A stretch of 62,481 nt of DNA, the filler included, from Diploschistes diacapsis (Eukaryota), in the NCBI GenBank assembly GCA_023645945.1. It is 10 parts of 10 records of this genome, joined end to end, with 100 filler letters (N's around TTAATTAATTAA, not from the genome) between each part and the next. Parts side by side here need not be neighbours in the genome. Positions count along the whole stretch, not along the records: positions 33,211 to 56,786 come from JALAIB010000261.1; positions 56,887 to 58,685 come from JALAIB010002610.1; positions 58,786 to 60,583 come from JALAIB010002611.1; 7 more parts are not named here. One strand, 5' to 3'. Numbering within the stretch: position 1 is the first letter of the stretch; each line of letters opens with the position of its first letter. The position numbers and the translations under genes are program-made. Below are positions 49,202-60,683 of this stretch, piece by piece. A model generated the notes under the pieces. That model ran no database searches, was not told where the DNA came from, and saw only the letters and a program-made list of their open reading frames with translations.

Positions 49202-51123
49202 ATGTCCAAGGTAGTTCGGAGTGTGAAGAATGTCACGAAGGGATACTCGCAAGTTCAGATCAAGGTCCGGAACGGTAGGCATAACCCCTTGTTATTGTTG
49301 CGCGAGTGGAGGCTAACAACCGGCCACAGCCACGAGTAATGATGCATGGGGACCCACCGGAACAGAGATGAGCGAGATTGCTCAAATCACTTTCAATGGG
49401 TATCTGCCTCCAGTCCTTTTGAAGTATCCCGCCTGATGTCACCAGGTCCAACGATTTCTACGAGATCATGGACATGCTAGACAAGCGAATGAATGACAAA
49501 GGAAAGAACTGGCGGCATGTGTTGAAGTCCCTGAAAGTCCTTGATTACTGCCTCCATGAAGGGTCGGAAATGGTTGTTACTTGGGCGAGGAAGAATATAT
49601 ACATTATCAAGACACTTAGGGAGTTCCAGTACATAGATGATGACGGAAGAGATGTCGGACAGAATGGTAGGCTTCGCGTAGTTAGGCGTTGTTTCTCCCC
49701 ACTAACTCCATCAGTTCGTGTGTCCGCAAAGGAACTCACATCACTCGTCCTTGACGAAGAGCGTTTGCGCACAGAGCGATCGGATAGGAGGAGCTGGAAG
49801 TCGAGAGTGACCGGCATTGAGGAGTACGGCTCATCGGGCTCCGCAGACTATCCCACAGGTCGCAAGCCCGAGCGCCGACCCCAGCGCCGCGGCGAAGAGG
49901 CGGAGGATGATATCGAGTACAAGTTGGCTTTGGAGGCTAGTAAAAATGAGATGGAGGAGGACAAGAAGAGGAGAGAGTCGCGAGCAGCAACAACTGCAGA
50001 CGACGAGGATCTGGCGAAAGCGATTAAACTAAGCAAGGAGGAGGAAGAGCTTAGAAGAAAGGAACTTGAAGACAACAACGCTAGTTCTTTGTTTGATCTC
50101 GACTCCCCTAGTACGAGCAGTCAGCAAGCACAGTATACGGGCTACAACCAAGGCTATCAGCAGCAAGGAGCTGTCGATTGGTTTGGAAATCCCATCGACC
50201 AACAGCCTCAGCAAGCTCAAACTACTGGTTTCTTGAACAATGCTTACTCGCAAGGCTTTCCATCCCAACAGACAGGCTTCCAAAATGGTTTCCAACAACA
50301 GCAGACCGGCTTCAACCCTTCGCAAATTCAGCAGCAACAGCAGCAGCCGAATTATCTTCAAGCACAGCAAACCGTCCAGCCTCAGCAGACTGCTTTCAAT
50401 TCCATAAACCCTTACTCTCAGTCTAATGATTTCAACCAGTTCCATCAGCAACAGCAGCAGCCGCCGCAGCAACAAGCCAGCTCATTAAGTACTGGCAGCC
50501 ATAACCCTTTTGCCAGTCAGCAGAATATGCAAACCGATGCGCTCAAGCCCATGCCAACGGGATCTAACAACCCCTTTGCGTCTTCATTCACAAAACAGCA
50601 AGCCCAGCAGCAGCAGCAATATCAACGTCCTGCTGCACCAAGCCTCAGCACTCTTGCGGAACAACGTACTGCAACCCAATTTAATACCAATCAATCATCC
50701 TACAATCCGATTGCAAGTTATTCTGCGCCTCAACAGATTCAGCAACGGACCGCTCAGCCGCGACAGGAAGCAGACCCGAACAAGGCGCGCTTAAACGCAT
50801 TGCTCGCTTCTGGCGAAGGTATGGACACTTTTGGTAACACTGGCGACCTCCGAATCCCGGCCCAGCATACCGCTCCGGGTACGTTCGTCAACAGTGCTGG
50901 GCAGAACTTGAATCGGCTGCACGCCGCGCAAACAGGTAACAATCCATTCTTTGCTCAGCAATTCACAGGCGCGCCTCAACAGCAGCATTCGATGATGCCT
51001 GCGCAAACGGGGCCTGCCAACGTCCAGAACTTCAGCGCCAGCCCTATTGGACGAGCCAACAACAACCCATTTGGCGCCCAGCAGCACCAGCAAACACCAG
51101 GGGGAAGTCTGATTGATCTATAA
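49202..51123 (+). CDS. ENT1: Epsin (ENTH domain, UIMs, NPF motifs, C-terminal clathrin box); 3 introns including 49667-49714
   Basis: MSKVVRSVKNVTKGYS..ATSNDAWGP; KRMNDKGKNWRHVLKSL; DLAKAIKLS; several NPF; ends SLIDL. Confidence 0.93.
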
Positions 51124-51724
51124 TTGGCCTGCTGAAACCCCAGAAGAGGCGCTCGAGCCACTACAACGAATGCAGAGGGGATGCGATTGTGAATATTTTG
51201 GAATGTCTCTATTTATTTAGGGCTGAATAGCCTAAAGCTGTTCGAGACATCTCATCCTGGTTCATCTCACCCGTATCTTTAGGGACGTGCTATGCAAATG
51301 GGTGCAATATGGGATAGGGAGCGACTTGCATGCACGTGCCGGCTCCATCCAATTGGTAATACTGCTTTTGTAAATATTTCGAGAGGTTCGACAATGCTCA
51401 TTAAGGCGTCTTCCTATGGCTACCTTTGTACTACCGATATAACCTGTGAGTTCAGCTATTATGTTCATATGGATGGATGGATGGATGGATAGATAGTTAA
51501 TGAAGAACAGACGATGACGTATAGCCATTTATTGCGGGTTTTTTTCTTGCAGAAACAGTTTTAGCTTTTGATTGGCTGTTCATCTTGAATGCTGGAAAGT
51601 TCTGCTGTTCGGAAGAACATCTCATTTGGCTCCGACCATCAACTTTTTTTTCTACTCTCTGGATAACTAGGTGACTTTGCCAGTGTGTTCCCGCCGATAC
51701 TGATCTGAAAGCCCTTGAGAACAG

Positions 51725-53457
51725 ATGAGTGCTTTCGGGCCTCAGTTGCCAATAAGGGCGGCAGCTTATTCGCGCTTGCTCAAGTCTCCAGCAGCTTGTC
51801 ATCGACATCTCAGCGTGCGCAAAGCTCAAACACGGACTCAGTGCGATACTACGGACTTCCAATTCTTTCATTTGCGCAAACGGCCTGCTTTAAAAACTAG
51901 AAGCACTCCTCAGACAAGAGTAAGGTTGCTCATACTCCATTACATCTACAATGAGCTGAGATTTTGCAGCAATTCCATGGCTCTGCGCCTCTATCAGCGA
52001 CAAAAGATCCATATTCTGTTCTCGGAGTAGGGAAAAATGCTTCTTCGAGCGAAATTAAAAAAGCCTACTACGCACTAGCAAAAAAGTACCATCCAGATAC
52101 GAACAAGGAGCCTACGGCTAAGGACAGGTTTTCTGATGCACAATCCGCCTACGAATTACTCTCCAACCCGAAGAAGAAGGAAACATGGGACACTTATGGT
52201 GCGGCTGCCTTCGATCAAGGTGCGGGCTTTGATCCCAGCGGCGGACAACCCGGCGCTGGTGAAAATCCGTTCTCTGGCTTCGGTGGTTTTGGTGGCAGTC
52301 AAGGGGGTTTCGGCACAGAATTCAACTTTGAAGACCTTTTCGGAGCGTTTGGAAGTGGTGGACGAAGAGGTCGTGGCTCGCGTCAGCAGCCGTATCAAGA
52401 AGAGATACTTGTTGGCGAGAACATCGAAATACAAACAAATATCTCTTTTAGGGATGCCGCGATGGGCATTCGTAAAGACGTTACCGTTAACCCACTGGTG
52501 GCCTGCAAGACCTGTTCCGGCTCAGGGCTGAAGCAGGGTGTCTCTAGAACGAGTTGCAAGCAGTGCGGTGGTACCGGAACACGCGTCCATTTCATGCAAG
52601 CAGGATTTCAGATGGCGAGCACTTGCCAAGCTTGCGGTGGACAGGGTGTCGCCACGCCTAAGGGCGGCGAGTGCAGCACTTGCTACGGAAATGGAGTCGT
52701 CAAGGAGAGGAAGACCGTCAGCATAGACATTCCTGGGGGAGTAGAAGACGGCATGCGCCTTAGAGTCGCTGGAGAAGGAGACGCGCCAGCGACAGGGACC
52801 GCTGCAAACCCGAACGCTCGATCCTCACGTGGTGATCTCTACGTTTTTATACGGGTTGCGACAGACTCCAAGTTCAGCAGATCAGGTTCCGATATACTCT
52901 ACACCTCGACCATACCCTTGACAACGGCTGTGCTGGGCGGTGAGGTCACAGTGCCCACGCTGGAAGGCGAGGTCAAGGTCAAAGTAGCTACAGGCACCGG
53001 CACCGGAGACAGGATCACGTTGGCAGGTATGGGAATGAAAAAACTTGGAGGCAGCCGGAGAAGTGCAAACGGCGACTTGAAGGTCGAGTTCAAGGTCGCC
53101 ATGCCAAAATATCTCAGCGTCAACCAGCGAACAATCCTGGAAATGCTTGCCGATGAGATGAATGATAGCAGTGCCAAGAGGATCATGAACATCAAGGGCA
53201 TGAAGTGAGTGTGGGGTGCAACGAAGACACCGAAGTGCATTACTGACCCGGATACCAGAGACGGTGGAACCTCGGCACCTTCTCCAGGTTCGAAGAAGGC
53301 GCACGAGAACGAGGGCTTTCTCAAAGCCGCTTGGCATAGGTTCACGCACCAGCACGATAATCTCACTGACGAGCCAAAGGCGGACCAGAAGAAGGCGGAA
53401 GAGAAGAAGTCGGAAACGGAAAATAAAGAGCCCAAGCGGGCTGCAGGATCAGGGTAG
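51725..53457 (+). CDS. MDJ1: Mitochondrial DnaJ (Hsp40 class A); introns 51920-51969 and 53205-53258
   Basis: Presequence-like exon 1; J domain with HPD; G/F region; four CxxCxGxG motifs. Confidence 0.92.
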
Positions 53458-54117
53458 TGAGAGGACTGGACTTTTATTTACCATCCAGCGTCGGTTCTTT
53501 ACTTTTCAGCATAGCATGGTTTGTGGGTCTGTCGCCCGATCACTTCGCTGCATAATTGCTGCGTGTAGAGGGGGGGCGTTGGCATAGATCTGTGAAGTCT
53601 AGAGGGGCATCTCCCACGATGTATTTGTACACAGAACAGCAGCGACTAACCATGGCAAATGTCGAGCACTTCTTCTTGTTCACGCGAGATCTCTAGATTC
53701 TACTGGCAAGATACTGTGGCACCATATGCAGAGCTGTCACCGCAGCGCTTACGGATAACCCCTTTTTGACGCTTGACAGGCAGACGGGTTCGCCATCCTG
53801 ACTCAAGACATCACGCGCTTAAGCATCGAGAGGCTGCGGTTCTAACTATCTTCGTTCAAGCACCTACTTATGACGTGTAGTAAGGCGCGTACTTCATATC
53901 GTGCAAAGATTCCTAGACTATGTATGCCCTTCCACTTGCTCAAAGTGTAAGCCACAAGCTTTTTCCTTCCCGGTGACGCTACAGTACTCTAATTCCCCGT
54001 TACTCCAAGATCTACCGCCCCGTTATGTCACTTGCACGTGGAATGATTCCTTGATCTCGACCATATCGCAAGTGGGTAAAGAGCGTTGTTCGCTCGCCCC
54101 AACAGGCTACAGTCAAG

Positions 54118-56786
54118 ATGCAGTCACCCATGATATCGAGCCCGCTCAAGCAGACAAGCGAAATAGACTGGATACAGCCTCTGAAGGCGTACATTCGCGA
54201 AACATATCAGGATGACCCAGAGAGATACTCGGAAGAGTGCGCAACTCTCAACAGGCTGCGGCAGGACATGAGAGGCGCGGGAAAGGACAGTGCTGCAGGC
54301 CGAGATTTGTTGTACAGATACTATGGGCAGCTGGAGCTTCTGGATCTTCGGTTTCCAGTGGATGAGAACCATATCAAGATATCCTTCACCTGGTATGGGG
54401 GGAATTTTCACCTCCGATAGGGCTTTCAGCTGCTAAGGCACCTTACAGGTTTGATGCATTTACGCAGAAACCAATATCGCAGTACTCTCTCGCCTATGAA
54501 AAAGCTTCAATTATCTTCAACATCTCCGCTGTTCTCTCCTGCCATGCCGCAAACCAAAATAGGTCAGATGACACGGGCCTCAAGACTGCATACCATTCCT
54601 TTCAAGCATCTGCCGGCATGTTCAACTACATCAACGAGAACTTTCTGCACGCGCCCTCCATAGATTTGAGTAGAGACACTGTGAAAACACTGATTAGCAT
54701 AACCCTGGCGCAAGCGCAAGAAGTATTCTTGGAGAAGCAGATAGCAGATGGGAAGAAGGTTGGTCTGCTCGCGAAGCTAGCCAGTCAGGCAGCAACACTT
54801 TATGCGCAAGCAGTCGAAGGCGTTACAGAAAACGTGAACAAATCGATCTTTGAGCGAGTATGGCTGCAGGTTGTGCAGATCAAAGCGAGTCACATGTCTT
54901 CGCTGGCGCAATACTACCAAGCACTGGCGGACGATGATGCGAATTCTCACGGAATTGCCATATCGCGACTTCAAGTTGCAGAAAGAGAGGCTAAAGATGC
55001 AAATCGAGTTGCGAACTCTTTCACATCCTCGATACCTCCGACTGCGAACCTCAGCTCGGAAACGGGTGTGGCTCTTAGCGAGATGGTCAAGCGACACATA
55101 TCCAATGTTCAAGAAAAGCTTGCATCGGTCATCAAGGATAATGACTTCATCTACCACCAGAATGTGCCAGCTGAGGCCTCTTTAAGTGTCGTGTCGAAAC
55201 TTCCCGCGGCCAAGGCGATTCCTGTCAGTGAGCTGTACCAAGGCCAGGATATACAGCGAATTATTGGACCCGATATCTTCCAGAAGATCGTACCAATGTC
55301 GGTCACAGAGTCGGCGAGTCTCTACGACGAGGAGAAGGCGAAGCTAGTTCGCGCGGAATCGGAGAAGGTGGAGCAAGCAAACGACGAGATGGCTGCGAGC
55401 TTGGACTATTTGAAGCTACCGGATAGCCTGAAGGTGCTGAAGGGTGGCATGGACCAGGAAGTCACAGTGGACGACGAGTTCAGGGAATGGTGCGAGGAGC
55501 TCGCAGGACACGAGCCGTTCGATCGAGCTTTTGAACATCTTCAAGCTGATAAAGCTCAAATTATCAAACTTCTGGACACCTCTACAAAGCAGTTGGATCT
55601 AGAAGAAAACGTCTGCGAAAAGATGCGGGTCAAGTACGGCGGCGATTGGCCTCAGCAGCCGAGCGGACGCTTGAATTCGACGCTCAGAAGCGACATTCGA
55701 AGCTATAGAGAGGCCATTGACCAAGCTAGCGGGAGCGATACGCAATTGTCGTCAACTGCCAATCAGTATCAGACTGACTTTGAGGAGATGAGATCGGCTG
55801 GCGAGACCGATGAAGCAGATGTGCTGTACCAACGCGCAATGATCAAGGCAGGAGGGAACCGGGGAAAAGGAAAAAGCCCAATGTCACCCTCCAGCGAAGG
55901 CAACCTCTTGGACGAAAATTTCGAGGGCGAAGTGTCGGTTGCCGACCAAATCGCCAAGGTCGAGGATCTGTTAAAGAAACTGAACTTTATTAAGAAGGAT
56001 CGGACCCAAGTTCTCAAGGACCTGAAAGAAAAGGTACTTGTCTTTGCAAACATATGCTTGTGGGCGGGTGCTTACAATTGTTACAGGTACACAACGACGA
56101 CATCTCTAATGTGTTGATCCTCAACAAGAAGCAAATCGCAAATCATGAGCAAAAGCTTTTTGAGGCCGAGCTGGAGAAATTCCGCTCCCATCAGAATCGC
56201 CTCCTCCAGGCCAACCACAAGCAAACTTCTCTGATGAAAGAGCTAAGCCGCACATATGGAGAACTTCTACAGGACAAGCGCGTTCGCTCGGAGCAAGCCA
56301 AGTACGAGAACTTTACCCGCCAACGCGGCGCTGTCATGACGAAGTACCGCAAAGTCTTCACCGCCTTCAACGACCTCCTCCAAGGCCTCGGACGCGCCGA
56401 AGCTTTCTACTCCGAAATGAAGGAAACGGTAGAGAACTTGCAAAAGAACGTCGACACCTTCGTCAACAATCGTCGCGAAGAGGGCGGCCAGTTACTAGGC
56501 TCCATAGAGCGCAGAAAACAAGCTAGCTCCGGCGCCACCGCCGACAGAGAGCAAGAACGCCTCCGCGACCTCATGGAACGCATGAACGTCAACCAACCTA
56601 CTCCCTCACCCAACCCCCAGCGCTCCAAATCATCCGCCTCCCGACCCCCACAGCTCTCTCCACGACAGCCCCACCAGCAACCCTCTCGCTCCTCCCAACC
56701 AAGCGCCGTTCCTTCTGCACATGGCTACCCCATCGCCCCGCAATCTCCACCCTACACCTCAACCCAGCACCCGCAACAACAACAAC
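54118..56786 (+). CDS. BRO1: Vacuolar protein sorting protein Bro1 (ALIX-like), truncated at contig end; introns 54393-54448 and 56034-56086
   Basis: MQSPMISSPLKQT.., GRDLLYRYYGQLELLDLRFP, KDNDFIYH, V-domain, Pro/Gln-rich tail. Confidence 0.93.
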
Positions 56787-56886
56787 NNNNNNNNNNNNNN
56801 NNNNNNNNNNNNNNNNNNNNNNNNNNNNNNTTAATTAATTAANNNNNNNNNNNNNNNNNNNNNNNNNNNNNNNNNNNNNNNNNNNN

Positions 56887-57549
56887 AAATCGAAACGTTT
56901 AAATAAACTTTATAAATATTAAATTATAATTTATTAATTTTATAATCGTGTTTAATAAACTTTATTCGACTTATCGGACCTCTTTATTTCTATTTTATAA
57001 TTCTTTTTTAATCTCGAATTAATTCGATTTAGATTTATTTTTATTATATAATTCTTTATTAAATACGACCGAATTACGAAAGATTAATAAAGAATATAAT
57101 CAAACGTTATAAGTCGTTTTAAAATTAATTAATCCGATTCGACGTTATTCGAATTAAATAATTCGTATGTTTAAATCGACGTATATTAAGTTTATAACGT
57201 TTCGTAAAGAAAACCGACAATAAAAAACGCTTCTTAATAATCGTAAAAAACGTAAATTAAATAAACGAATCGAATTAAAAGGTCGTTTTATGTTTAATAT
57301 AGACGAAGTTCTTAAGATAATAGCTGGAGTTAAATCGAGTTGAACAATTTTAAAACGATTTATAACGCGTAAAAAACGTCGTCGCATTTCTAAAATCGAG
57401 AAGGATAAAAAAGAAAAAGATAGATTCGATTTAGATCGATTAGATTCTAATTACGACGAATAGGTTATATTTAAAAACCGTAGAATGTTAGCGGTAGTAA
57501 TTTGAGGTAACCGGACTCTAGGGGTGGCCGGACTCACCGTCAAACACGT
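56887..57549 (+). mobile_element. RIP-mutated Fot1/pogo-like transposon 3' part with right TIR
   Basis: LLNNRKKRK..KRIELKGRFMFN.DEVL transposase-tail-like sequence; ends ...CCGTCAAACACGT|TA. Confidence 0.7.
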
Positions 57550-57588
57550 TATACATATTTTATAAAATAGAAGTTAATTTCTTAAAAC

Positions 57589-57921
57589 TGAGACAGCCCA
57601 GCCCAGGGGCCTGCCAAGCCACGGCAGGGTTAGTGCCCAGGTGCCTGCCAAGCCACGGCAGGGTTAGTGCCCAGGGGCTTGCCAAGCCACGGCAGGGTCA
57701 GGGGGTGGCTGTATAGATGGGTAATCCCCGAACCCCGGTAGGTCTGACATCTATACTATTTAACGGTACCCTCCTCTTATTTAAATAGTTTCTTTTTCAG
57801 CTTTTCGAATCGAGATCTTTTATTTATAAATACTTAAGCTATATTTAATCCTTCCGGATTAAACCCAGCCCCCGATAGAATAATATTCTTTTTTACGCTG
57901 GCATTTTATATTCGAAAAGCT
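57589..57921 (+). mobile_element. Gypsy-type LTR with self-priming PBS; contains 34-bp x3 tandem repeat (57601-57700)
   Basis: TGAGAC start; shares aatccttccggatta..cccagcccc with the 27514/28529 LTRs; AGCTTTTCGAAT / ATTCGAAAAGCT pair. Confidence 0.65.
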
Positions 57922-58207
57922 TACTTTATCTTCGCACTCGTGACTGTTATGATCTCTATCTCTATAATGTAGACACGAGGTATTGATCAAGGTGGGTTTG
58001 GTCTCGTTTAGAAGAGGAGTGCAAGCAGGAGAAGAAGGTAGAGCAGTTACAGGTCTTAAACTATCTTTAGAAAGAAGGTTCTCTAATAATAAAAATAACG
58101 AATATAAATTAATTCCGAGTAATAACTAAGGATATTTATAAAAGTAAATATATTAAAATTTATAAGAATTATAACGACGTTCTTGTATATAGGCCGATAC
58201 CGCTAGA

Positions 58208-58661
58208 TGTTACGATCCAAGTACCAGACTTGGCACGTCCCAGCTTTGTTGTATATAGACTAGTCACGGGACAGGGGTCACGTGACACGTTCACTGTTCA
58301 CGTTTATTCTTATAAGCGGCGAGCAAGCTTTCGTTACCGTTTAATAGTCGCGCTTATTCTCGTGAGCGATAAGTCTCGAAGATACCGTTCGTTAAATTTA
58401 CAATAAACGGCGAGCGAATTAATTATATATAAACACGATTTTATTTTCGTAAAAGAAAACGTGTTTATTTTTATAAATATTTTTAATTATTGCTCGAGAT
58501 TAATTTATATTCGGTATTTTTATTATTAAAGAATCTTTTTTTTAAAGATAGTTTAAGATTTATAATTATTTTTTTTTTTTCTATTATATTTTTTTTTTAA
58601 TAAAAATTAAATTTATTTTAATTTTACTCGTGTATATCTTATATAAATAAAGATTATAACA
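58208..58661 (+). mobile_element. 454-bp LTR (same family as 32437-32890)
   Basis: TGTTACGATCCAAG...GATTATAACA termini. Confidence 0.65.
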
Positions 58662-59061
58662 CTTAAATATTCTTAAGAATAAATANNNNNNNNNNNNNNN
58701 NNNNNNNNNNNNNNNNNNNNNNNNNNNNNTTAATTAATTAANNNNNNNNNNNNNNNNNNNNNNNNNNNNNNNNNNNNNNNNNNNNTCGATAATCTTCGAT
58801 GATGTTCTATTATGTTCTAGAATATTCTAGAACCTTCTAGAACCTTCTAGAACCTTCCAGCATATTCGAACATGCTAGAAGCTTAGTAAGCAATCTGACT
58901 AACCTATTTAGGTTAGTATTCTGACAAATAAAAGAAGTAGGTACTGGTACTGTAACAGCGGGGGTAGTGCCTAATAGGTAGCGCTATCCCACTGAGCCAC
59001 AAGATTAACCACAATGCTTTTAGGAACCCCGAAGCACTGTTTCCCTATTACACTATATGTA

Positions 59062-60095
59062 CAGTACTAGGCCAAAAGTAGTTAGGTCCACCATAAGCGG
59101 TAGTAAATAAACAATTAACTCTTGCTATTATTCTTCTAATTATGCCACCACAACGCCGTTTGAAGCCGTTCGAGCGTTCGGAGCTCCTCGACGCTCTCTA
59201 TAGCGGTAATATTCTCAAAAATGTTACCGAAAAACTAAATATTCCCTATTCTATAACCTAATATACGAAAAATCAAGCTTTAAAACGCGATAATAAACAA
59301 CATAATCTCGATCGCTCAGAACGATCCCGAACTATTACCGAAAATAAAGAAAATAAACTCTATCGAAGCGCCAGAAGGCAGCTAGATACATAATAACGCG
59401 AATAATTCGAATTAACGCCTGCTAATAAGAATACAATACGTCGAAAATTCGCCGAAATCGATCTTTTTTTAAGAAATATCCGAAGCGATAGCGCCCCTAT
59501 TTAGACCCTAAAAACGCTATAAAACGCCTAAGATATACGAAAACCAATAAGAGCTAGCGTGTAAAAAATTAAACCAACGTTTAATAAACAAATGAATACT
59601 TAATATAGATTAATAACGGCGAGATCCGACAATAAATTTAAAGATATTCTAAAAAGCAATAACTGCACGAGCATGTCGCTGCCAGATCTAGAAATAAGAA
59701 AAATATTATCATAATCGCTTTTATAAAAATAGACGGGCGCGTCTTATAATGCTTCTTCGACGAATATTACATAAATAAACGAATAGTTACCGCCGGAACA
59801 TATTATCTACTTTTACGCGATATTATGTCTTAAATCTACGAGCCTGGACAAACTTTTTTACACGACAATACCTTAATACATAATACCAGTAATGTTAAAA
59901 CGCTTCTAAAAGAATTAAATATCTAGACGCTCGAGCATTCCTTTTATAATCCAGATTTTAACACTATTAAACATCTATAGCCTACGCTAAAAAAAAAATT
60001 TAATTTTATCCAAAACTTAAAACTATACGCGGAAACAGGTTAAAAAAGATAAAAGCTTTAAAAGTAAGAATTCGAAACTCTTTTAGGATGTTTAT
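59062..60095 (+). mobile_element. RIP-mutated Tc1-like transposon, 5' part (transposase ATG 59142)
   Basis: TA|CAGT..GCCAAAAGTAGTTAGG TIR; FLHDNT and HSFYNPDFNTIKHL* resemble the Tc1 motifs FMQDNA and WPPYSPDLNPIEHLW. Confidence 0.8.
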
Positions 60096-60265
60096 AAATA
60101 ATTGCGATAAACGGTTTAAAGTATCTAATATACCCGGGACGTTATATGAGACGTGGCAGATGTGGGATCAGTTAGTACGCTAAAGGCCGGCACTATGGGG
60201 AAGAAAGATGGTTGTAAGACCTGCGGGATTACACATCTGCCTCGATTGCCACAGCCACGCACCTA

Positions 60266-60583
60266 CAGTCACGTGCCAAAAGTAGTTAGGTATCAAATAA
60301 ACAAATACCACCTATCAACTTTATCAAGCCATTGCGCACTTAATAAAGCTTCAATGAATGCGCAAAGTAGATCATTTTAAAGCTCTTAAATAGTAGATTA
60401 TATTAGTATTTAGTTTGCCATCCTTGCGCGTCGATATAAGCCTGTATTCGCTTCGGTATAGACTGGATTAATCTGGTAGGTAAATCCCATTCCTTATTCT
60501 TTAGAAACATCCTAAAAGCGTTTCGAATTCTTACTTTTAAAGCTTTTATCTTTTTTAACCTGTTTCCGCGTATAGTTTTAAGT
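60266..60583 (-). mobile_element. 3' end of the same Tc1-like family in reverse orientation
   Basis: TIR CAGTCACGTGCCAAAAGTAGTTAGG; minus strand encodes SIPKRIQAYIDAQGWQTKY*; overlaps in homology with about 60015-60095. Confidence 0.8.
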
Positions 60584-60683
60584 NNNNNNNNNNNNNNNNN
60601 NNNNNNNNNNNNNNNNNNNNNNNNNNNTTAATTAATTAANNNNNNNNNNNNNNNNNNNNNNNNNNNNNNNNNNNNNNNNNNNN

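Noticed and set aside
49202..56786. Epsin-MDJ1-BRO1 as a functional trafficking cluster
   Set aside because: Ordinary housekeeping neighbours; nothing in the sequence indicates co-regulation
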